Of a DNA stretch of 64,000 nucleotides, positions 58,113 through 64,000 are shown piece by piece. The stretch lies in contig CAVSKY010000006.1 of the NCBI GenBank assembly GCA_963728745.1, positions 517,015-581,014 on the forward strand, given 5' to 3'. Source of the stretch: an uncultured Chloroflexia bacterium (GTDB taxonomy: Bacteria; Chloroflexota; Limnocylindria; Limnocylindrales; CSP1-4). Position 1 is the stretch's first letter. The number at the start of each line of letters is the position of its first letter. Made by a program: the position numbers and the translations under genes. The notes beneath the pieces were generated by a model. That model worked only from the letters and a program-made list of their open reading frames with translations. It searched no databases and was not told the DNA's origin.

Positions 58113-59000
58113 CTACCAGCCTCGAACGGCGAGTCGCTCCTGCTCGGGGATCTCCTCCAGGGCGATGCCGCGCATCGGCGCACCGAGACCCTTCGAGACC
58201 TCGGCGATCTTCTTGGCGTCGTCGAAGAACGTCGTCGCCTGGACGATCGCGTTCGCCATCCGGGCCGGGTCCTCGCTCTTGAAGATGCCCGAGCCGACGA
58301 ACACGCCCTCGGCGCCGAGCTGCATGACAAGAGCGGCATCGGCCGGGGTGGAGATCCCACCTGCGACGAAGTTAACGACCGGCAGCTTGCCGTTCTCGGC
58401 TACGTCTTTGACGAGCTCGTACGGCGCCTGCAGGTCCTTGGCCGCGACGAACAGCTCGTCGTCGCGCATCCCCTGCAGTCGACGGATCTCGCTGTTCACG
58501 TCACGCAGCTGGCGCACCGCTTCGACGATGTTGCCGGTGCCGGCCTCGCCCTTGGTGCGCATCATCGCCGCGCCCTCATTGATGCGCCGCAGCGCCTCGC
58601 CGAGGTTCCGACAGCCGCACACGAAGGGCACCTTGAACGCGTGCTTATCGATGTGGTTGCTCTCGTCGGCCGGGGTGAGTACCTCGGACTCGTCGATGTA
58701 ATCGACGCCGAGGGCCTCGAGCACTTGTGCCTCGACGAAGTGGCCGATGCGTGCCTTGGCCATGACCGGGATGGTCACGGCATCCATGATCCCGGTGATC
58801 ATCGCTGGATCTGACATGCGGGCCACGCCGCCGGCCTTGCGGATATCGGCGGGAACGCGTTCGAGCGCCATCACGGCGACGGCGCCGGCGTCCTCGGCGA
58901 TCTTGGCGTGCTCGGCGGTGACGACGTCCATGATGACGCCGCCCTTGAGCATCTGGGCGAGACCCTTCTTGGTCGCCCAGGTGGAGGTTTCGACGGTCAT
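58113..59000 (-). CDS. pdxS: Pyridoxal 5'-phosphate synthase lyase subunit PdxS
   Basis: …[43 protein letters not shown]… highly conserved. Start MTVETSTW at ~59000 (ORF-track 59102). Confidence 0.9.
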   Translation of the reverse strand: MTVETSTWATKKGLAQMLKGGVIMDVVTAEHAKIAEDAGAVAVMALERVPADIRKAGGVARMSDPAMITGIMDAVTIPVMAKARIGHFVEAQVLEALGVDYIDESEVLTPADESNHIDKHAFKVPFVCGCRNLGEALRRINEGAAMMRTKGEAGTGNIVEAVRQLRDVNSEIRRLQGMRDDELFVAAKDLQAPYELVKDVAENGKLPVVNFVAGGISTPADAALVMQLGAEGVFVGSGIFKSEDPARMANAIVQATTFFDDAKKIAEVSKGLGAPMRGIALEEIPEQERLAVRGW

Positions 59001-59186
59001 GTCGGCTGTGGGTTCCTCATCGTTCGAGTGGCGCGGCAGGCCCGTCGGGGCGTCTCGCGCGCGGTCAGGATTATGGCACGAGGCCAGATCCCGCCCAAGC
59101 ACGGGCCACGTAGAGGACCGCTGCGCGAGCCGTGGACTTGGATGGACCGGTTCCAGGCGCGGCAGTCTAGGCCTGTTTCTGCAACG

Positions 59187-59322
59187 TGCTTCTCAGTCTG
59201 CAGATCAATGCCGAACGTGTCCCGTGGGCCTGCGCTAGGGCCGGAGCGTGCACGGCAGGCACGGTTCAGCGTCGAACGACCCGTCTTTGCGTCCCTCGAC
59301 CCGATCCTGCAGTCCAGGAAGC
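59187..59322. ncRNA. Copy B of the ~137-nt conserved structured element, located in the 243-bp leader upstream of pdxS (candidate cis-regulatory RNA if read on the minus strand)
   Basis: Same three conserved blocks, closing helix and central hairpin as copy A. The spacer sequences differ but are identical in length. Lies between the PPOX-family gene stop (59346) and the pdxS start (~59000). Confidence 0.5.
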
Positions 59323-59345
59323 ACGCCGACTGGTCGCTTTTGTCG

Positions 59346-59840
59346 CTACGCCTCGTCGAACGTGTAGCGCGTCATGTCCTTGGGGAACGTGGTCCACGCG
59401 AACGCCTTGAGCGGTCGCAACTGCCACAGGCCGCCCTGCGCCCAGTTGGCCGGATCCGCCGCGTAATCCGGTTTGTATTTGTCGAAGCCAGCCACGAGTC
59501 GCCCGGCCAGATCCGGATCCGGCGCGATGATCTCGACCGCCGGGCCCTCGACGATGACGACCTCGCCGCTCGCCGATTCGATATGGATCGCCATTTGCGG
59601 GTTCTCCCGGAGATTGCGCTGCCAGCGGGTCGGGCCGCCCTCCACGTACCAGCGGCCATCGACCCAGGCTCCCCAGATCGGGATGAGGTGCGGCGCGCCG
59701 GCGCCGCTCGCGGTTCCCAGCCAGTAGATCGTGGCGCGCTCCAGGCGCTCGATCGCCCAGGACCACGGCAGCGTGCCCTTCGACGATCTTGGGATCCCAT
59801 AGCCCGGCACGTGCGGCCGGTCGATGCGTGGCTCGCTCAC
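59346..59840 (-). CDS. Pyridoxamine 5'-phosphate oxidase-like (PPOX class, probable F420-dependent) family protein
   Basis: Split-barrel FMN/F420-binding fold motifs (…TIYWLGTASGAGAPHLIPIWGAWVDGRWYV…). Confidence 0.65.
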   Translation of the reverse strand: MSEPRIDRPHVPGYGIPRSSKGTLPWSWAIERLERATIYWLGTASGAGAPHLIPIWGAWVDGRWYVEGGPTRWQRNLRENPQMAIHIESASGEVVIVEGPAVEIIAPDPDLAGRLVAGFDKYKPDYAADPANWAQGGLWQLRPLKAFAWTTFPKDMTRYTFDEA

Positions 59841-59849
59841 GCGTCGAGG

Positions 59850-60611
59850 TTAGCGGGAAACGGTCCTCACGACGCCTGACATGAGCTTCGTGGCGCGTCG
59901 TGCAGCGGTCGGCGACAGACGAGACACGGCGTCGACGAGCTCGAGCACGTCGTTGTCGTCGAGCCCGCCGAGCAAGTCGAACAAGCGCAGGACGGTGTCG
60001 TCCGGCACGCGGTCGAGGAGCTGGAGCGCCCGCTCGAGCTCGCGCGGCTCGAGCTGCGGCACGATCCCGACCGCCCGGTCGAACAGCCGAACGAAGACCA
60101 CGAACGATGACAACCAATCGTGGAGGGCAGCAAGCTCCTCGTCGTCGGGGTTGGCGGCTGCTGCCGCCGCCGCTTCCTTGGCCTTCTGCTCGAGAACGGC
60201 GACGACCGGATCACCCTCGCGGCTCTTGCGCTCGGCGATGACCCGGCCGAACCACTGCCAGTGGTCGTTGACGGCGAGGAAGGCGGTGCCGGCGGGACCG
60301 CGCCGACCGACACGCCGCGGTTCGGGAACGCGCTGGACGAGGCCCCAGGACTCCGCTTCGGCGAGGGCCAGGCTCGCGGCCCGGTGGGACAGCCCCAGCG
60401 CCTCGCGCACCTCCCGCTCGGTCAGTGGCTCCTGGCGCGCCATGAGATACGCCTGCACACGCGCGATCGCCGGTGTGACACCCCATGCCGCACCCATCTC
60501 GCCCCACGCATCCGCGAGGTCGAGCCGGATCGACTCGGCGGCCGACGCGCGCGCTCGCCGCCCGGCCTCCGAGAAATCGTGCGCATTGACAGTAGCGAGT
60601 TTTTCCGTCAT
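59850..60611 (-). CDS. GbsR/MarR-type winged-helix transcriptional regulator
   Basis: N-terminal wHTH (…ARVQAYLMARQEPLTEREVREALGLSHRAASLALAEAESWGLV…). Confidence 0.6.
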   Translation of the reverse strand: MTEKLATVNAHDFSEAGRRARASAAESIRLDLADAWGEMGAAWGVTPAIARVQAYLMARQEPLTEREVREALGLSHRAASLALAEAESWGLVQRVPEPRRVGRRGPAGTAFLAVNDHWQWFGRVIAERKSREGDPVVAVLEQKAKEAAAAAAANPDDEELAALHDWLSSFVVFVRLFDRAVGIVPQLEPRELERALQLLDRVPDDTVLRLFDLLGGLDDNDVLELVDAVSRLSPTAARRATKLMSGVVRTVSR

Positions 60612-60656
60612 AACTTGCTATGACAGGGTAGCACGCTTGCAGGGCATGGGAGAACG

Positions 60657-61598
60657 ATGAAAGTCGCGATCGTGGGTGGGTCCGGGCTCGTCGGGCGTGC
60701 GCTGAGCCGGTCGATCCTGGCCGACGGCGGCGACGTCCTCGTGCTCTCGCGCGATCCAGAGCGACGACGGAACGTGGTCCCGCCAGGCGCTCGACTTGCG
60801 AGGTGGTCGACGGACGACATCCCACGGCTCGCCGCGTCGATCGCCGGCATGGATGCGGTCGTCTGTGTCACCGGCGCCCGGGTGGCTCCCTGGCCCTGGA
60901 CGCCGCGCCGCAAGGCCGTTATCACCGCCAGCCGCGTCGACGCCGTCCATGCCATCGTGGATGCGATGGCTCGGCTCCCGGCCGATCGCCGGCCGAGGAG
61001 CCTTGTGGTCGTGTCAGGTATCGATGCCTATCCGGAGTCGTCGCCGGGCGACGACCCGGCACCGATGACGGAATCGACGCCGATGGGCACCGAGTTCCTG
61101 GCCGAGGTGTCGCGCGCAGTCGAGCACGAGGCCGGGCGTGCCGAGGGGCACGGCGTACGCGTGACCCGGCTGCGGATGGGGCATGTACTCGCCCGCGACG
61201 CGGCCCTCGTCTGGTTCCTGTCCCTGCCGGTCCGGTCGTTCCTCGGCGGTCGGCTTGGCAGCGGCCAGCAATGGATCAGCTGGGTGCACATCGATGATGC
61301 GGTCGCACTCTTCCGTCGCGCGATCACCGACCCGGATGCGGGCGGGGTCCTCAATGTCACGAGCCCCGGCGCCGTCAGACAGGTCGATTTCGTGCGATCG
61401 ATGGCGCGCGTCCTGCGCCGGCCGGCGTGGTTCCCGGCGCCGGGCTGGCTCATCCGCCTCGTGCTCGGCGAGCAGTCGGCGTTGCTGCTCGGTTCCCGCC
61501 GCGTGACGCCGATGCGCGCGCTGGAACTCGGCCATGCGTTCCGGTATCCAGGTGTCGAATCCGCGATCGAGAACGTCCTCGGTGAGGCCGCGACCTAG
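60657..61598 (+). CDS. TIGR01777-family NAD-dependent epimerase/dehydratase-like protein (YfcH-like, C-terminal DUF1731)
   Basis: MKVAIVGGSGLVGRAL Rossmann motif. Overall length and C-terminal conservation. Confidence 0.8.
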   Translation: MKVAIVGGSGLVGRALSRSILADGGDVLVLSRDPERRRNVVPPGARLARWSTDDIPRLAASIAGMDAVVCVTGARVAPWPWTPRRKAVITASRVDAVHAIVDAMARLPADRRPRSLVVVSGIDAYPESSPGDDPAPMTESTPMGTEFLAEVSRAVEHEAGRAEGHGVRVTRLRMGHVLARDAALVWFLSLPVRSFLGGRLGSGQQWISWVHIDDAVALFRRAITDPDAGGVLNVTSPGAVRQVDFVRSMARVLRRPAWFPAPGWLIRLVLGEQSALLLGSRRVTPMRALELGHAFRYPGVESAIENVLGEAAT

Positions 61599-62053
61599 AT
61601 CGCGCCGCCGGCCGCGATTGCCTCCCGGACGGCCACGAACAGTGGATGGTCCGGGTCGATCTCGGTCTGACATGAAGCGATGCGCTCGATGCCGCTAGGT
61701 GCGCCGAACTCGTATATGACCTCCTGGCCATCGAAGTTGACGGGACACTCCCCGGTGAACGGTCGGGCTCGGATGGCGGCGAAGTCCGTCGCCCTGATCA
61801 TCCCGTCGAGCGCCGCGAGCGTTTCCGGCGGGACCTGGCCGAGGACCACGGACTCCGGCGCGGTCTGGAGCAACCGGCCGTCGCGTTCGATGGCGAGCGT
61901 CGAACCGCACGCCCCCTCGGGGCATTCGCCACCGCGGGTCGTCACGGTCACGAGCGGGCCTGCCGGGGCTGGCAGCAGGGACGTGACCGCTGCGGGTGAG
62001 CAGGCGATGAGGACGACGCTGATCCAGGTGAGCAAGGCGAGCCGTCGGAGCAT
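61595..62053 (-). CDS. Lipoprotein, hypothetical (Cys-rich)
   Basis: MLRRLALLTWISVVLIACS lipobox; six Cys residues. Confidence 0.5.
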   Translation of the reverse strand: MLRRLALLTWISVVLIACSPAAVTSLLPAPAGPLVTVTTRGGECPEGACGSTLAIERDGRLLQTAPESVVLGQVPPETLAALDGMIRATDFAAIRARPFTGECPVNFDGQEVIYEFGAPSGIERIASCQTEIDPDHPLFVAVREAIAAGGAI

Positions 62054-62313
62054 GGCCGCCCGACGTCAGCAAGCGATCCAGGGTTCCGCGTGTGCACCAC
62101 GTGACCGTATCGGCGAATGAGGCCTACTCGGTCCTCGCCTTGTGCACTGGGCGCAACAAATGGTCCCAGGTAGGCGCGTGGCCGACGCCTTGGTCATGAC
62201 ATGCAAAAGATGGGGCGTGAACCCAGGCCCAGGTTCCCGAACGGTCGCCAGGTGCACATCCGTGCCACGGACTGGCGCGAGGATGAGCCCGGCCAGCGTC
62301 CTATCATCCGGCC

Positions 62314-63912
62314 ATGCCCGTCCTGCGCAGCCGGCTCGACCCTGCAGCGGCGGATACCCGCGCGAACCACGACGCGATGGCGGCATTGGTCGATGACTTG
62401 CGGCAGCGCCAGTCGGAGCTCGCAGATCGTGGAGCAGGCGGCGACGATCGCTCGATCGAGCGGCACCGAGAACGCGGCAAGCTGCCCGTCCGCGAGCGGA
62501 TCGACCATCTGCTCGACCCCGGCTCACCGTTCCTCGAGCTGAGTCCGCTGGCGGCCAACGGCCTGTACGAGGACGATGCACCAGGCGCCGGGATCGTCAC
62601 GGGCATCGGCCGAGTGGAATCGACCACCTGCGTCATCGTCGCCAACGACGCGACCGTCAAGGGCGGCACGTACTACCCGATGACGGTGAAGAAGCACCTC
62701 CGGGCACAGGAGATCGCCCTCGAGAACCGCCTGCCGTGCATCTATCTCGTCGACAGCGGGGGTGCATTCCTGCCGCTCCAGGCGGATGTCTTCCCGGACC
62801 GCGACCACTTCGGGCGGATCTTCTACAACCAGGCCCGGATGTCGGCCGCGGGTATCCCGCAGGTGGCACTGGTCATGGGCTCATGCACCGCCGGTGGCGC
62901 CTACGTCCCCGCGATGAGCGACGAGACCGTCATCGTGAAGGGCACGGGCACGATCTTCCTCGGAGGCCCGCCGCTGGTGAAGGCAGCGACCGGCGAGGAC
63001 GTCACAGCAGAGGAGCTCGGTGGCGCCGAGGTCCACACCCGCAGATCCGGCGTGGCGGATCACGAGGCGCTCGATGACGAGCACGCGCTCGCGCTCGGGC
63101 GCTCGATCGTCGCCAACCTGAACCGCCGACCCGCTTCCCCACCGTGGGACCGCCGCCCGGTCGAAGCCCCGGCGGTCGAGCCGTCTGGACTCTATGGCGC
63201 GGTCTCCGCCGACCCTCGCCGACCCGTGCCGGTCCGCGAGATCATCGCCCGCCTCGTCGATGGCTCCCGCTTCCACGAGTTCAAGCCGCTCTACGGCGAG
63301 ACCCTCGTGACCGGCTTCGCGCACATCGAGGGCGTCCCGGTCGGGATCATCGCCAACGACGGCATCCTGTTCAGCCAGTCGTCGCTCAAGGGCGCGCACT
63401 TCATCGAGCTTGCCTGCCAGCGCCGGATCCCACTCGTGTTCCTGCAGAACATCACCGGGTTCATGGTCGGGCGGGAGTACGAGGAGGCCGGCATCGCCAA
63501 GGACGGGGCGAAGCTCGTGACCGCGGTCGCCTCTGCCGAGGTGCCGAAGTTCACGATCCTCATCGGTGGATCGTTCGGGGCGGGGAACTACGCGATGGCC
63601 GGGCGTGCCTACCAGCCACGCTTCCTGTGGACCTGGCCGAATGCGCGCATCTCGGTGATGGGCGGCCAGCAGGCGGCCCGTGTCCTATCGACGGTCCGTG
63701 GCGACTTCACCGACGAGGCTTCGCGCGACGAGTTCGAGGCGCCCATCCTCGAGACCTATGAGCGGGAAGGATCGCCGTACTTCGCGACGGCTCGACTCTG
63801 GGACGACGGGGTGATCGACCCCATCGACACGCGGCGCATCCTCACACTGGGTCTCGAAGCCGCACTGCATGCACCGATCCCGGAGACAAGGTTCGGCGTC
63901 TTCCGGATGTGA
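62314..63912 (+). CDS. Acyl-CoA carboxylase carboxyltransferase beta subunit (methylcrotonyl-/propionyl-CoA carboxylase beta-like)
   Basis: Two carboxyltransferase domains (…SGGAFLPLQ…[16 protein letters not shown]… and …[16 protein letters not shown]…). Confidence 0.9.
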   Translation: MPVLRSRLDPAAADTRANHDAMAALVDDLRQRQSELADRGAGGDDRSIERHRERGKLPVRERIDHLLDPGSPFLELSPLAANGLYEDDAPGAGIVTGIGRVESTTCVIVANDATVKGGTYYPMTVKKHLRAQEIALENRLPCIYLVDSGGAFLPLQADVFPDRDHFGRIFYNQARMSAAGIPQVALVMGSCTAGGAYVPAMSDETVIVKGTGTIFLGGPPLVKAATGEDVTAEELGGAEVHTRRSGVADHEALDDEHALALGRSIVANLNRRPASPPWDRRPVEAPAVEPSGLYGAVSADPRRPVPVREIIARLVDGSRFHEFKPLYGETLVTGFAHIEGVPVGIIANDGILFSQSSLKGAHFIELACQRRIPLVFLQNITGFMVGREYEEAGIAKDGAKLVTAVASAEVPKFTILIGGSFGAGNYAMAGRAYQPRFLWTWPNARISVMGGQQAARVLSTVRGDFTDEASRDEFEAPILETYEREGSPYFATARLWDDGVIDPIDTRRILTLGLEAALHAPIPETRFGVFRM

Positions 63913-64000
63913 CCAGGGAGGAGCGGGATGCTGAAGTTCTACAGCGAAGTCGGGACCGCACGGACGCGGGAAGTGGTCGCCGATCTCGCCACCTGGGTGT

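Noticed and set aside
59187-59322. Assignment of the two-copy element to the TPP, cobalamin, ZTP, glycine, fluoride or ydaO riboswitch families
   Set aside because: The CUGAGA-like string on the reverse strand is not accompanied by the other TPP-conserved segments. No other family consensus I can recall fits. It is left as unclassified pending a covariance-model search.
1-64000. CRISPR arrays, tRNA/rRNA genes, IS elements, integrases, prophage or toxin-antitoxin modules
   Set aside because: I scanned the intergenic regions and found no regularly spaced direct repeats, cloverleaf-compatible segments, transposase or integrase-like ORFs. Only the repeats at 53259..53322 and the two-copy element were found.

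Overview
This 64 kb window has very high GC (about 72%) and is densely coding, with roughly 60 protein genes and no rRNA, tRNA, CRISPR array, IS element or prophage recognisable by eye. The gene content points to a high-GC Gram-positive, Actinobacteria-like genome: F420-type PPOX enzyme, DUF385 deazaflavin nitroreductase, SigK/RskA pair, GuaB3, DarA, PdxST, RmlABCD, DUF3048.

Genes, in order:
- 1-8.5 kb, minus strand: a sugar-nucleotide operon encoding the five-enzyme UDP-2,3-diacetamido-2,3-dideoxy-mannuronic acid pathway (a WbpA/B/E/D/I-like set), plus GT4 glycosyltransferases and a beta-repeat protein.
- 8.7-9.9 kb: a DUF3048 secreted protein.
- 10-12 kb: a GT4 plus a polyprenol-phosphate mannose synthase-like GT2.
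- 12-17 kb: two very large secreted proteins with FlgD-Ig-like repeat modules, one GH18-like and one clan-CD peptidase-like.
- 17-20.6 kb: rmlA-B-D-C.
- 20.6-22.7 kb: mreC and mreB.
- 22.8-23.7 kb: radC.
- 23.7-28.6 kb: a CPBP protease with a run of zinc-ribbon and membrane proteins.
- 28.7-30.5 kb: guaA.
- 30.5-31 kb: a small secreted protein.
- 31-34.5 kb: a four-gene two-component module (standalone receiver, lipoprotein, HisKA_3 kinase, LuxR regulator).
- 34.7-36.2 kb: a membrane protein, an SRPBCC protein and a DUF385-family reading frame with no canonical start codon found upstream of the conserved N-terminus.
- 36-39.6 kb: GuaB3, NUDIX, MFS transporter and the PII-like c-di-AMP receptor DarA.
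- 39.7-40.7 kb: a divergent GAF-GGDEF cyclase.
- 40.7-42.8 kb: rskA-like anti-sigma factor, ECF sigma factor and tmk in one translationally coupled string.
- 42.9-44.5 kb: a NicO/RcnA-like His-rich metal transporter fused to an N-terminal domain.
- 44.6-50.3 kb: tldD, pmbA, a zinc-ribbon membrane protein and a class V aminotransferase.
- 50.3-53.2 kb: a nucleoside hydrolase lipoprotein and a CrtI-like oxidoreductase.
- 53.6-59 kb: an extended pdxS-pdxT operon carrying a GNAT-like gene, an AAA-ATPase/R3H (Ycf45-like) gene and a membrane protein.
- 59.3-60.6 kb: an F420-type PPOX protein and a GbsR/MarR-type regulator.
- 60.7-62.1 kb: a TIGR01777 epimerase and a lipoprotein.
- 62.3-63.9 kb: an acyl-CoA carboxyltransferase beta subunit.

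The most interesting non-coding signal is a roughly 137-nt element present in two copies (53333-53469 and 59187-59322). Both have identical conserved blocks, a closing helix, a conserved central hairpin, and equal-length but sequence-divergent spacers. One copy lies in the 243-bp leader of pdxS. The other lies in a 387-bp convergent intergenic region, next to four tandem 15-nt repeats. I could not match it to any riboswitch or sRNA family I know.

Coordinates of internal starts were derived by residue counting from the ORF-track boundaries and may be off by a few nucleotides.
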